Assembly: GCA_963727485.1 (NCBI GenBank)
Contig: CAVSGM010000009.1
Span: 155,009 to 219,008 of the forward strand
Reading direction: 5' to 3'
Length of the DNA stretch: 64,000 bases
Source: an uncultured delta proteobacterium
GTDB taxonomy: Bacteria; Myxococcota; Myxococcia; SLRQ01
The notes beneath the pieces were generated by a model. That model ran no database searches. It was not told the DNA's origin and saw nothing but the letters and a program-made list of their open reading frames with translations. The position numbers were made by a program, and so were the translations under genes. Shown in pieces: positions 53,998 to 64,000 of the stretch (position 1 is the stretch's first letter; each line of letters opens with the position of its first letter).

Positions 53998-55562
53998 CAG
54001 GGGGCCGAAGGCCGGAGCAGGGGGAAGAGGATGACGTCGCGGATGGACGGCGCGTCGGTGAGGAGCATCACCAGGCGGTCGATGCCGATGCCCTCCCCGG
54101 CGGTCGGGGGCATGCCCTGCTCGAGGGCCATGACGTAGTCCTCGTCGTAGTCCATGGTCTCCGAGGCCCCGGCGGCCTTGGCCTCGACCTGGCGGCGGAA
54201 GCGCTCGCGCTGGTCGTCGGGGTCGTTGAGCTCGTTGAAGGCGTTGGCCAGCTCGCGCCCGGCGATCATCAGCTCGAAGCGATCGGTGATCCCGGGATCG
54301 GCGTCGGAGCGCCGGGCGAGCGGGCTCACCTCCACCGGGAAGCCGGTGATGAAGGTGGGCCGGTGGAGCCGGTGCTCCACCAGCTCCTCGAAGAGGAAGC
54401 CGATGAGCTCGCCGTGGGCCATGCGCCGGGCGGCCTGGTGCTTCTCGGTGTCGTCGCCGGCGATGCGCAGGGCGTGGGCCCGGAGCTTCTCCTCGTCGCC
54501 GAGATCGGCCTCGGTGACCCCGTCCTCGTGCTCGAGGATGGCCTGCTTCATCGACAGCCGCGGCCACGGCGGGGTGAAGTCGATGGGCTCGCCCTGGTAG
54601 TCGACCACCAGCGGCTGGTCCGCCCGCCCCACCCCCAGCTCCTTCACCAGGCCCACGATCATGGCCTCGGTGAGGTCCATGAGGTCTTCATAGGTGTGGT
54701 GGCCCCAGTAGAACTCGAGCATGGTGAACTCGGGGTTGTGCCGCGGCGAGAGCCCCTCGTTCCGGAAGTTCCGCCCGATCTCGTAGACCTGCTCGAAGCC
54801 GCCGACCACCAGGCGCTTGAGGAAGAGCTCGGGCGCGATGCGCATGTAGAGGTCGAGGTCGAGGGCGTTGTGGTGGGTCTCGAAGGGCTTGGCCGCCGCC
54901 CCGCTCACCAGCGAGTGCATCATCGGGGTCTCGACCTCCATGAAGCCCTTGGCGTCGAGGAAGCGCCGGATGAACTGCACGGTCCGGGTGCGCACCACGA
55001 AGGCCCGGCGGACCTCCTCGGTGGCGATGAGGTCGAGGTAGCGCTGGCGGTAGCGCTGCTCCTTGTCGGCGAGGCCGTGGAACTTGTCGGGGAGGCCGCG
55101 CAGGGCCTTGGTGAGCACGGTGAACCGGCTGGCGCGCAGGGCCCGGTCGCCCCGGCGGGTCTTGAACTGGGGCCCCTGGGCCAGGACCTGGTCGCCGAGG
55201 TCGACGAGCTTGTAGGTCTGCCAGTCGACCTCGGGGAGGACGTCGCGCTTGAGGAAGAGCTGGGTCTCCTGGAGGGAGCGGTCCCGGAGCCGCACGAAGG
55301 CGCCCTTGCCGAAGTCGCGGACGGCGATGACCCGCCCGGCGACGTCGTACACCGGGGCGTCCTCGGCGACGGCGGTCTCCTCGGGGAGGTCCTCGATGGC
55401 CGGGACCGCGGCGAGGAGATCGTCGACGGTGTGGGGCGCCTCGAGGCCGGGGTCGAAGGTCCGGGCGGTGCCGAAGGGGTGGACGCCGAGGGCCTCGAGG
55501 TCCCGGGCCTTCTGGCGGCGGATCCCGATGAGCTCGGCCTCCCGGTCGTTCTCGTCGCTCAT
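53997..55562 (-). CDS. lysS: Lysyl-tRNA synthetase (class II)
   Basis: [49 protein letters not shown]. Confidence 0.97.
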   Translation of the reverse strand: MSDENDREAELIGIRRQKARDLEALGVHPFGTARTFDPGLEAPHTVDDLLAAVPAIEDLPEETAVAEDAPVYDVAGRVIAVRDFGKGAFVRLRDRSLQETQLFLKRDVLPEVDWQTYKLVDLGDQVLAQGPQFKTRRGDRALRASRFTVLTKALRGLPDKFHGLADKEQRYRQRYLDLIATEEVRRAFVVRTRTVQFIRRFLDAKGFMEVETPMMHSLVSGAAAKPFETHHNALDLDLYMRIAPELFLKRLVVGGFEQVYEIGRNFRNEGLSPRHNPEFTMLEFYWGHHTYEDLMDLTEAMIVGLVKELGVGRADQPLVVDYQGEPIDFTPPWPRLSMKQAILEHEDGVTEADLGDEEKLRAHALRIAGDDTEKHQAARRMAHGELIGFLFEELVEHRLHRPTFITGFPVEVSPLARRSDADPGITDRFELMIAGRELANAFNELNDPDDQRERFRRQVEAKAAGASETMDYDEDYVMALEQGMPPTAGEGIGIDRLVMLLTDAPSIRDVILFPLLRPSAP

Positions 55563-55615
55563 GCGCTTCCGATCTGCTTGAAAAATGAGGGGTTAGCCGG
55601 AATCGGCGGCGGCGC

Positions 55616-55644
55616 ACGATAGCCTCGACGGTCGGAAGCGTCAA
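55616..55644 (-). promoter_or_regulatory. sigma70 promoter of lysS-lol-bamA
   Basis: TTGACG (55639-55644) N17 TATCGT (55616-55621). Confidence 0.65.
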
Positions 55645-55699
55645 CGGGCGGCGCCGGGCGCTCCCCCACCGGCGGATCCGCTGATATGAGGGGAGGCCG

Positions 55700-56662
55700 A
55701 TGACGGTCATGCGCCTCACCTTCCTGGGCACCTCCGCCGCCCAGCCCACGGTCCGCCGCGGGCTCTCGGGCACCTTCATCCGCTGCCACCAGGACCACCT
55801 CCTGGTGGACTGCGGCGAGGGGACCCAGCGGCAGATGCTCCGCTTCGGCACCGGCTTCCGCACCGACCTGGTCCTCTTCACCCACTTCCACGCCGACCAC
55901 TACCTGGGGATCGTCGGGTTCCTCCGGACGCTGGCGATGATGGACAGCGTCGCCCCCATGACCCTCTACGGGCCGGGCCCCCACATCGACAGGCTCCTGC
56001 GCAAGCTGGTGCATCTGGGCTTTCGGGACATGCCCTTCCCCCTCTCCTATGAGGAGGTCGGTGGGGGGGAAACGATCCCCCGGAGCGGCTATTCCATCCG
56101 GGTGGTGCGGGTGGATCACCGGATGCCGGCGGTGGGCTACGTCCTCGAGGAGCCCGAGCGCCCCGGGCGCTTCGACGTGGAGAAGGCGAAGGCCCTGGGG
56201 GTCCCCGAGGGCCCCCTCTTCGGCCGGCTGCAGAGGGGCGAGGCGGTCCCCCTCGACGGGGGGCGGACGGTGACCCCGGACGAGGTGGTCGGGGGGGCCC
56301 GGCCCGGGCGCAAGGTGGTCATCTCCGGGGACACGCGGCCCTGCGACGCCCTGGTCGAGGCGGCCCGCGGGGCGGACCTGCTGATCCACGAGTCCACCTT
56401 CACCTCCGAGGACCAGGCGCGGGCCCTGAAGACCATGCACACCACGGCGCTCGAGGCCGGCGAGGTGGCGGCCCGGGCCGGGGTGCGCCACCTGGTGCTC
56501 ACCCACCTCTCCAGCCGCTACGACCACGACCCGGGACGGATCCACGCCGAGGCCCGGAGGGCCTTCGACGGGCGCATCACCGTCGCCGAGGACGGGATGA
56601 CCCTGGAGGTGCCGTTCGCCGACGCGGCGCCGGGGGACGAGCCGGGGGACGAGCCGGGCTGA
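55700..56662 (+). CDS. rnz: Ribonuclease Z
   Basis: FLGTSA, DCGEGTQ, THFHADH, flexible arm GVPEGP, SGDT, HESTF, THLSSRY. Confidence 0.95.
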   Translation: MTVMRLTFLGTSAAQPTVRRGLSGTFIRCHQDHLLVDCGEGTQRQMLRFGTGFRTDLVLFTHFHADHYLGIVGFLRTLAMMDSVAPMTLYGPGPHIDRLLRKLVHLGFRDMPFPLSYEEVGGGETIPRSGYSIRVVRVDHRMPAVGYVLEEPERPGRFDVEKAKALGVPEGPLFGRLQRGEAVPLDGGRTVTPDEVVGGARPGRKVVISGDTRPCDALVEAARGADLLIHESTFTSEDQARALKTMHTTALEAGEVAARAGVRHLVLTHLSSRYDHDPGRIHAEARRAFDGRITVAEDGMTLEVPFADAAPGDEPGDEPG

Positions 56663-56686
56663 CGCCGCCCGGGCCCGGCGGCGGGG

Positions 56687-57670
56687 TCAGGTCTTGAGGT
56701 ACTCGCCCACCATGTCGAGGAGCTCGGTGAGCTGGAGGGGCTTGCACAGGTAGTCGGTGGCCCCGGCCTCGTCGGCGACGTCGTGGAGGGTATCGGGCTC
56801 GAGGGCGGAGACGAAGATCACCGGGATGTCCTGCATCTCCACGTCGGCGCGCATCATCTTGCACACGTCGGTGCCGTCGACCCGGGGCATGAGGATGTCG
56901 ATGACCACCAGGCGCGGGCGCAGGGCCCGGACGAGATCCAGGGTCTCCTGGCCGTCGCGCGCCTGCACCACCTCGTAGTTGTGCTGGGTGAGGACGGTGG
57001 AGATGAGCTGGACGATCATCGGATCGTCGTCGGCGACGAGGACGGTGGGGGCGCCGGACTCCCCGCTGGCGGCGCGCTCCCGGGCGGCCTCCACGGCGAG
57101 GCGGAGGCGCGCGGCGGCCTCGGCGTCCACGTCGACGAAGGCGAGGCCCGCGAGCTTGCGCGACTCGGAGGCCCAGACCACCTCGCCCTTGAGGGCCAGG
57201 GGCCCGTCGGCCAGGTGGAGCTCGAAGCTCACCAGCTCGCCTGCGGCCAGGCGCGCGGTGGTGCTTAGGAACAGGCCCTTCTCCGAGAGGTTGCGGGTGT
57301 GGCCCCCCTCGGGGACGTCGGGGGCGTGGAAGCGCACCGAGACGTCGAAGGGCACCCGCTCGGCGCTGCGCACCCGGCCGTAGAGATCCGGGGGCCGCTG
57401 GAGATCGAGGAGGCGGCGGCAGGTGTCGAGGTCGGACTCGGCGATGTGCACGTAGGTGCCGGCGCGGAACCGGCGGCTCCCGGCCCGGCGGCCCACCACG
57501 GTGCCCTTGACCACCAGGGGCAGCTTGAAGGTGGCGATGTGGACCTCGATGGCCACCCGGCTCCCGGGCTCGTACCGGCCGTCGTCGCCAACGAAGAGGC
57601 GATCGGTGTTCCCCCGGACCAGGTCGGCCCAGAGGCGGTACTTGTCGGGGTATTCCAGCTTCAGCGGCAT
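56687..57670 (-). CDS. Degenerate PilZ - PilZ - receiver protein
   Basis: RSAER..NLSEKG PilZ and intact REC (VADDD..VIDILMP..SA..K). Confidence 0.8.
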   Translation of the reverse strand: MPLKLEYPDKYRLWADLVRGNTDRLFVGDDGRYEPGSRVAIEVHIATFKLPLVVKGTVVGRRAGSRRFRAGTYVHIAESDLDTCRRLLDLQRPPDLYGRVRSAERVPFDVSVRFHAPDVPEGGHTRNLSEKGLFLSTTARLAAGELVSFELHLADGPLALKGEVVWASESRKLAGLAFVDVDAEAAARLRLAVEAARERAASGESGAPTVLVADDDPMIVQLISTVLTQHNYEVVQARDGQETLDLVRALRPRLVVIDILMPRVDGTDVCKMMRADVEMQDIPVIFVSALEPDTLHDVADEAGATDYLCKPLQLTELLDMVGEYLKT

Positions 57671-57915
57671 GGTTGCAGTACTCCTGGACAGCAGCCTAGC
57701 TGGGGGCGGAGGGCCGGTAAACCCCAGAGCCGTGGGATGCGACACGGACCCACGGCTCCGGGGGGGACGGCCCGAGGGCTGTCCCAGGGGCCGGGTCCAG
57801 GGCCGGCCCGGAGATTCCCGACGAGCCAGGGCGCAGAAGGTGACGCCGGGCCCCCGGGGCCGGGGCGTGACCCGGGCGCTTCGCCGCGCTACCCTTCCGG
57901 GCACGGAGCCCCGCC

Positions 57916-59151
57916 GTGCACGGCCTCAACCTCATCGCCCTGGCCATCCCCGGCTTCTTCCTCCTGATGGGGGTCGAGGCGCTGGTGGCGCGGGCGCTGG
58001 GGCGCCGGCTCTACCGGCTCAACGACTCGGTGAACGACCTCGCCTGCGGGATCCTCCAGCAGGTCCTGGGGCTGTTCAGCCGGGGGCTGTTGGTCGGCGT
58101 CTACGTCTGGGTCTACCAGGTGGCCCGGCTGACCACCCTCGACGCGCATTCCTTCTGGACCTTCGCCGGGTGCCTGCTTGGCCTCGACTTCCTCTACTAC
58201 TGGTTCCACCGGGTGAGCCACGAGTCGAACCTCCCCTGGGCGGCCCACGTGGTCCACCACCAGAGCGAGGAGTACAACCTGGCGGTGGCGCTGCGGCAGA
58301 GCGCCTTCCAGCCGCTGCTCTCCTGGGCCTTCTACCTGCCGCTGGCGGTGCTCGGGTTCCCGCCGCTGGTGTTCCTGACCGCCGCCAGCCTCGACACCCT
58401 CTACCAGTTCTGGATCCACACCCGGCTCATCGGGCGGCTCGGGCCCCTGGAGTGGATCTTCAACACGCCCTCGCACCACCGGGTGCACCACGGCCAGAAC
58501 CCGCAGTACATCGACCGGAACCACGCGGGCATCTTCATCATCTGGGACCGGATGTTCGGGACCTTCGAGCCCGAGGCGGAGCCGGTGCGCTACGGGATCA
58601 CCCGGCCGCTGTCCAGCTGGAACCCGGTGTGGGCGAACCTGGCGCCGTTTGCGCGGCTGGTGGCCCTGACCCGGCAGGCGCCGACGGTGGTCGACAAGGT
58701 GAAGATCTGGCTGGCCTCGCCGGCGTGGAAGCCCGCGTGGGCCGTTGAGCCCACGCCAGACGCCGGGGGCTACGACGCGCGGCCCACCCGGCGCCTGTTG
58801 ATCTACGCCGGGGTGCACTTCGTGGGGACGCTGGCGCTGACGGTGGGGCTGCTCTTCGCCGGGCCGACGCTGGCGCTGCCGGTGAAGCTCGGGCTCTCGC
58901 TGCTGGTGGCCTGGGCGCTCCTCGACATCGGGGCGCTCTTCGAGGGCCGGCGGTGGGTGCTCCCGGCGGAGCTCTTGCGGCTGATGGTGGTGGTGGCCGC
59001 CGCGGTGCTCTACGTGGCGCCCCGGGGGCAGCCGGTGATCCTCCCGGTGGCCGCGGGGGCGGCGCTGGTGGCCGCGGCGTCGGCGGCGTGGCTGCTCGCG
59101 AGCCGGCGGCAGCTGGGGGGCGGCGGACCGGAAGCCGCGGCCGCGGGCTGA
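57916..59151 (+). CDS. Sterol desaturase/fatty acid hydroxylase family, alkylglycerol monooxygenase-like
   Basis: His boxes HRVSH, HVVHHQSEEYN, QFWIH, HHRVHH; IWDRMFGTF. Confidence 0.85.
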   Translation: MHGLNLIALAIPGFFLLMGVEALVARALGRRLYRLNDSVNDLACGILQQVLGLFSRGLLVGVYVWVYQVARLTTLDAHSFWTFAGCLLGLDFLYYWFHRVSHESNLPWAAHVVHHQSEEYNLAVALRQSAFQPLLSWAFYLPLAVLGFPPLVFLTAASLDTLYQFWIHTRLIGRLGPLEWIFNTPSHHRVHHGQNPQYIDRNHAGIFIIWDRMFGTFEPEAEPVRYGITRPLSSWNPVWANLAPFARLVALTRQAPTVVDKVKIWLASPAWKPAWAVEPTPDAGGYDARPTRRLLIYAGVHFVGTLALTVGLLFAGPTLALPVKLGLSLLVAWALLDIGALFEGRRWVLPAELLRLMVVVAAAVLYVAPRGQPVILPVAAGAALVAAASAAWLLASRRQLGGGGPEAAAAG

Positions 59152-59161
59152 TCGATCGCCG

Positions 59162-59861
59162 TCAGCTGCCGGCCAGGGCCCAGTCCGCGGCCTTGCGGGC
59201 GTGGATCGCCGCGGTGTCGAAGAGCGGCACCGTGGCGTCGTCGGGGCCCACCAGCAGCGCAATCTCGGTGCACCCGAGGATGACGCCCTCGGCACCGGCG
59301 TCCACCAGCTGCGCCAGGATCCGCCGGTACTCGGCGCGCGAACTCTCCAGCGTCTGCCCCAGGCACAGCTCGTCGTAGATCACCCCGTGGACCAGGGCCC
59401 GGTCGCCCTCCGGCGGCACGATCACCCTGAGCCCGTGCTGCTCCCGCAGCCGGTCCTTGTAGAACGCCTGCTCCATGGTGAACCGGGTGCCCAGGAGCCC
59501 CACCGTGGCGAGCCCCGCCGCCTCGATGGCCTCGGCCGTGGCGTCGGCGATGTGCAGCAGCGGGACGCCCACCGCGTCCTCGATGGCGGAGGCGACCTGG
59601 TGCATGGTGTTCGTGGCCAGGACCAGGCCCTCGGCGCCGGCACCCTCGAGTCCGGCGCGCCACCTCGGCGAGGCGGGCCCCGGCGGCGTCCCAGTCCCCG
59701 GCGGCCTGCAGCGCCTCGATCTCGGCGAAGTCCACGCTGTAGACGATGATCTCGGCCGAGTGGAGCCCCCCGAGGCGCGCGCGCACCGCCTCGTTGATCG
59801 CCCGGTAGTAGGGCACGGTCGACTCCCAGCTCATGCCGCCGATGAGGCCGATGGTTCTCAT
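59162..59861 (-). CDS. Aspartate/glutamate racemase family (YgeA/RacX), 1-nt frameshift near 59662
   Basis: MRTIGLIGGMSWEST..LHSA in one frame; LATNTMH, LLGTRFTM, ILGCTEI in another. Confidence 0.85.
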
Positions 59862-59893
59862 GGACGCAAGGTTATAGCCCTATGATGCCGGCC

Positions 59894-60472
59894 ATGGACC
59901 CCATCGACCCCAAGCGCACCGCCGTCCTCTGCATGGACTACCAGAAGGACATCCTCCCCTTCGCCACCGACGACGCCCCGGCCCTCCTCGGACGGGCCGA
60001 CGCCGTCCTCGCCGCCGCCCGCGCCGCCGGGGCCCAGGTGATCTACGTGGTCGTGGGCTTCCGCCCCGGCTACCCCGAGGTCTCGCCGCACAACGCCTGG
60101 TTCTCGCAGATCACGGGCACCGGCCGCTTCGCCACCACCGACCCCGCCGGCGAGGTCGTCGCCGAGGTGGCGCCGAAGGACGGTGACCTGGTCACCGTGA
60201 AGCACCGGGTGAGCGCCTTTGCCGGCTCGGACCTGGAGATGATCCTCCGGGCGAAGGGCGTCGACACCCTGGTGCTCTTCGGCATCTCCACCAGCGGCGT
60301 GGTCCTCTCCACCGTGCGCCAGGCGGCCGACATGGACTTCCGCCTGGTGGTCGTCTCGGACTGCTGCGCCGACCGGGACCCCGAGGTCCACCGGGTGCTC
60401 ACCGAGAAGGTCCTCGCCCGGCAGGCCACGGTCATCACCGCCGACGCAGCCACGGCGGCCCTGACGCCTTGA
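59894..60472 (+). CDS. Isochorismatase-family cysteine hydrolase
   Basis: MDYQ, KHRVSAF.GSDL, GISTSGVV, DCCAD. Confidence 0.88.
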   Translation: MDPIDPKRTAVLCMDYQKDILPFATDDAPALLGRADAVLAAARAAGAQVIYVVVGFRPGYPEVSPHNAWFSQITGTGRFATTDPAGEVVAEVAPKDGDLVTVKHRVSAFAGSDLEMILRAKGVDTLVLFGISTSGVVLSTVRQAADMDFRLVVVSDCCADRDPEVHRVLTEKVLARQATVITADAATAALTP

Positions 60473-60521
60473 GCGGTGGGCCGTTGTCTGGAGCTCGGCC
60501 TCGTCGGCGTGGGACCCTGCG

Positions 60522-61259
60522 CTAGAAGTGCAGGGTCAACGAGAACACCGGCGCCGCCCCCGACGCCGCCCGCGCCGCCTGGCGCGACCTGTGGGTCGGC
60601 GGGGGCAGCCAGCCGTCGGCCCGGGCCCTGGCCACGAAGCCCGGGAGGCCGTGGGGCTGGGTGTAGATGGTCGCCTCGGCGGTGAGCTCGCCGCCGACGC
60701 CCCCCACGACGCCGGAAGGCCACCAGCGGCCGAAGCCCAGGCCCAGTACCAGGAGCACCGCGGTGTTCAGCGCCGCGTTGAGCAGCTGCGTCACCCAGCC
60801 GCGGCCGTTCTCCTCGTCGGCGGCGGCGCTGAGCAGGAGCCTCTGGCCCTCGGCGAGGACCTCGCACTTGTCGGCGCCGGCGGTGGTCGCGAGGACCTCG
60901 AACTTCCGGGCGTCGTCGACCACCTCCGGCGGCGAGAGGAACATGTAGACCGCGGAGATGAGCGCCGCCCCGGCACCCACCCAGAGGTCCGCGCGGGTGC
61001 CGGGATCCTTGGTGACCAGGGTCAGCCCCGCCTGCCCCAGGGTCATCGCCGTGAGCCCCGCGGTCCAGGCCACCGACCAGATCCGCGAGTAGTGGGCCTG
61101 CTCGCCGAGCTCGGCGCGGAGCTCGGCGATGTGCATGGTGGCCGCCTGCCGGGCCGCGTCGTCGGGGCAGGCGGCGAGCGCCGGGTGGGCGACGGCGAGG
61201 GTGAGGCTGGTCACGAGGGCCACGGCGCGGCGGGCTCGGGCGCAGGGGGCGCGGGACAT
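60522..61259 (-). CDS. Hypothetical exported/membrane protein
   Basis: Signal-like N-terminus, several hydrophobic helices, beta-strand-like C-terminus ending in Phe. Confidence 0.6.
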   Translation of the reverse strand: MSRAPCARARRAVALVTSLTLAVAHPALAACPDDAARQAATMHIAELRAELGEQAHYSRIWSVAWTAGLTAMTLGQAGLTLVTKDPGTRADLWVGAGAALISAVYMFLSPPEVVDDARKFEVLATTAGADKCEVLAEGQRLLLSAAADEENGRGWVTQLLNAALNTAVLLVLGLGFGRWWPSGVVGGVGGELTAEATIYTQPHGLPGFVARARADGWLPPPTHRSRQAARAASGAAPVFSLTLHF

Positions 61260-61330
61260 GCGGCCATCCTAGCCGCCGGGCGGCGGCCGGGCACCTTTCG
61301 TCTCCCCGCACCGACGGCTAGGGTGGAACG

Positions 61331-62910
61331 ATGCCCCACCGCCCTGCCCTCCTCGTCGCCGCCCTGGTCCTCGCCGCCGGTCACGGGGCCGCGGCCACCG
61401 ACCTCACCGCCGGCCCCTCGGACTACCAGGCCAAGGTGAACGCCCTGGCCCCCGGCGACACCCTCCACCTCGCCAGCGGGCAGTACGGCCACCTGGTGAT
61501 CTCGGGCCTCGACGGCACCGCCGCAAACCCCATCGTCATCACCGGGCCCGCCGACGCCTCGGCGGTCCTGAACGCCAACGCCTGCTGCAACACCGTGGAG
61601 ATCAAGAACGCCAGCTACGTGGTGCTCAGGGACGTCACCATCGACGGCAAGGACAACGGCGGCTCCTTCGGCATCAGCGCCAAGGGCGGGACGGGCAACC
61701 TCGTCCACCACATCACCATCGAGGGCTGCCACATCGTCCACACCGGCGGCGCCCAGAACCAGGACGGCATCTCCACCAAGGCGCCCACCTGGGGCTGGGT
61801 CATCCGGGGCAACACCCTCGTCGGCGCCGGCACCGGCCTCTACCTGGGCAACTCCGACGGCTCGGATCCCTTCGTGGGCGGGCTCATCGAGGACAACCTC
61901 ATCGCCGACCCGGTGGGCTACTGCGGCGAGATCAAGTGGCAGGCCCCTTGGACCCAGGCGGTGCTGGACACCGGCATCCCCACCGGTCCCCAGGCGACCA
62001 TCGTGCGCGACAACGTGTTCATCAAGAACGACGGCCCCAGCCCCGCCGGCGACCGGCCCAACTTCCTCACCAGCGGCTTCCCGGCGAGCGGGCCCGGGAG
62101 CCAGGACCGCTACGAGATCTACGGGAACCTCTTCTTCCACAACCCCCGCGAGGCGCTCCTCCAGGCGTCGGGGCGGGTGTCGAATCCACGACAACGTCTT
62201 CGTCGACGGGCAGTACGCGGCGGTGGTGCTCCGGGACCACCAGCTGCCCCTGGAGGAGGCCTGGGTCTACGACAACACCGTGTACACCACCGGCTGGGGC
62301 ATCGACTTCGGGAGCACCGCCCGCCAGGACGCGCTGTGCGTGGGGAACCTGGTCTACGCCGACGGCACGCCCATCCGCGGCGGCCCGGCGAACACCCACG
62401 ACAACCTCGTAGGCGCCACCACGGACGCCGCCGGGGTGGTGGTGGCGCCGTCGACGACGCTGGGGCAGATGGACTTCCATCCCCTGGCCGGACAGGCCAC
62501 CGGGGCGGCGCTGGATGCCAGCGGGGTGTCGAGCGATGTCGACTACGACCGGGACTTCGACGGCCGGCAGCGCGACTTCACCGTGCGCGGCGCGTACGCG
62601 ACCGGCGGACCCGGGTGGACGCTCCAGCGGGGCATCAAGGTGGTGGGGCAGACCGGGACCGGCGGGGCCGACGGGGGGCTGGGCGACGGGGGTGTCGTCG
62701 ACGGCGGCGGGGGCGCGGGGGACGGCGGGAGCGGGGGAGCCGTGGACGGCGGCACCGGCGGCGGCGCGGACGGTGGCACCGGCGCGCACGACGGCGCCGG
62801 CGGCTGCGGGTGCAGCGCCGGCACGGCGGCAGGCTCCGACGGCGCCCTGCTCCTGGCAATTCTCACGCTCGGCGTCAGCGGAATCCGGCGCCGACGCGCC
62901 AAAGACTGAT
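61331..62910 (+). CDS. Secreted right-handed beta-helix (pectate-lyase-fold) protein with Gly/Asp linker and MYXO-CTERM-like tail; 1-nt frameshift at about 62183
   Basis: Signal peptide, L.PGDTL.L..G.Y, G....PI.I, PbH1-type repeats; C-terminus GGCGCS..LLLAILTLG..RRRR. Confidence 0.8.
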
Positions 62911-62955
62911 CCAGAGCAGTTCCTGGCCCAGGGGCCGGCGGTAGCCTGCGCGGTC

Positions 62956-64000
62956 ATGACCGCACCCCGCCCGCGCTCCGACCGCCCCATCGCCTACTGG
63001 CTCCTCGTCTGCGCCGCCCTCATCTACGCGATGGTGATCCTCGGCGGGGTCACGCGCCTGACCCACTCGGGCCTCTCCATGGTCGAGTGGCACCCGGTGA
63101 TGGGCGTCCTCCCGCCCATGTCGCACCACGCCTGGGAGGCCGCGTTCAAGGACTATCAGCGCTACCCCGAGTACCAGGACATCAACAAGGAGGAGGGCAT
63201 GACCCTCCAGGGGTTCAAGGGCATCTTCTGGCTCGAGTACTTCCACCGCCTCCTCGGGCGGCTCATCGGCCTCGTGTTCTTCCTGCCCTTCGTCTACTTC
63301 CTCGTCCGCAAGCGCATCCGCAGGTCGCTGCTGCCCAAGCTGGTGGCGATGCTCGCCCTCGGGGGCCTCCAGGGGCTCCTCGGGTGGCTGATGGTCTCCA
63401 GCGGCTTGGTGAACGTCCCCCACGTGAGCGCGGTGCGCCTCACCGCCCACCTGGGCCTGGCGATCGCCATCTACGCCTTCATCCTCTGGGTCGCCCTGGG
63501 CCTGCTGCTCCCCGCGGACGGTCCGGACCCGGCGAAGGTCGCCCGGGTGCGCCGGTGGGCCACCGCCGTCGCCGCCGGGGTCTTCGTGATGATCCTCTCC
63601 GGGGGCCTGGTCGCCGGCACCCACGCCGGCTTCGCCTTCAACACCTTCCCCCTGATGCTCGGCCACCTGGTGCCCCCGGGGATCCTGGCGATGCACCCCT
63701 GGTGGCACAACTTCATCGCCAACGTGGCCACCGTGCAGTTCGACCACCGGCTCCTCGCGCTGCTCTTGACCCTGGCCATCCCGGCCCTGGTGTGGGCCCT
63801 GCGCCGCGCCGAGGTGCCCCGGCGCACCCTGCTCGGCGGCTGGCTCTTCCTGGGGATGCTCGCGGTGCAGGTGGGCCTGGGGATCGCGACGCTGCTGCTG
63901 GTGGTCCCGGTGCCCCTGGCGGCCTGCACCAGGCGGGCGCGGTGATGCTCTTAACCCTGGCGGTCTTCGTCGCCCGGTCCCTCTACCCGGTGGCGGCGGC
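62956..64000 (+). CDS. ctaA: Heme A synthase COX15/CtaA (type 2); 1-nt frameshift at about 63923, runs off window
   Basis: GGVTRLTHSGLSMVEW, FWLEYFHRLLGR, QG.LGW.MV.SG, RLTAHL, QFDHR; final HQ motif restored by +1 nt. Confidence 0.9.

Noticed and set aside
57900..64000. Possible genomic island in the accessory tail
   Set aside because: No integrase, transposase, tRNA boundary or direct repeats, and GC content looks similar to the rest

Overview
A very GC-rich window of mostly core chromosome from a deltaproteobacterial/Myxococcota-type bacterium. The lineage is inferred from the 16S sequence, LpxI use, PilZ-REC and REC-J-TPR proteins and a MYXO-CTERM-like tail. In order it holds: ilvE (partial), an AAA ATPase, rimJ, an M50B peptidase, a degenerate Fic protein, ribA, a DHH phosphoesterase, a cysteine desulfurase, a Ser/Thr kinase + TPR pair, zapA-6S RNA-ygfA-tyrS-PilZ/PilZ/REC and rlmE. 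A complete minus-strand rRNA operon follows (16S-tRNA-Ile-tRNA-Ala-23S-5S), then gmk/yicC/Trm112, LPS glycosyltransferases, a sigma54 activator module (usp / hemerythrin-like), rfaE1/E2 and an ECF sigma/anti-sigma/beta-helix membrane protein triad. Next is a long lipid A/outer-membrane cluster (lpxL, lpxK, GT9, waaA, msbA, ArnT-like GT + Ppm synthase, lpxB, lpxI, lpxA, fabZ, lpxD, skp, bamA, lolD, lolC/E), then lysS, rnz and an accessory tail ending in COX15/CtaA. I found no mobile elements or CRISPR arrays. The most interesting signals are: a near-exact copy of the rRNA-leader boxA just upstream of the zapA-6S operon; a recurrent TAnnnT-N6/7-start pattern implying widespread leaderless mRNAs; a catalytically degenerate Fic protein with a structured leader; a D-to-E sigma54 activator flanked by two sigma54 promoters; and a possible lipid A glycosylation module. 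Five single-base frameshifts, including one in lpxB, most likely reflect assembly errors.
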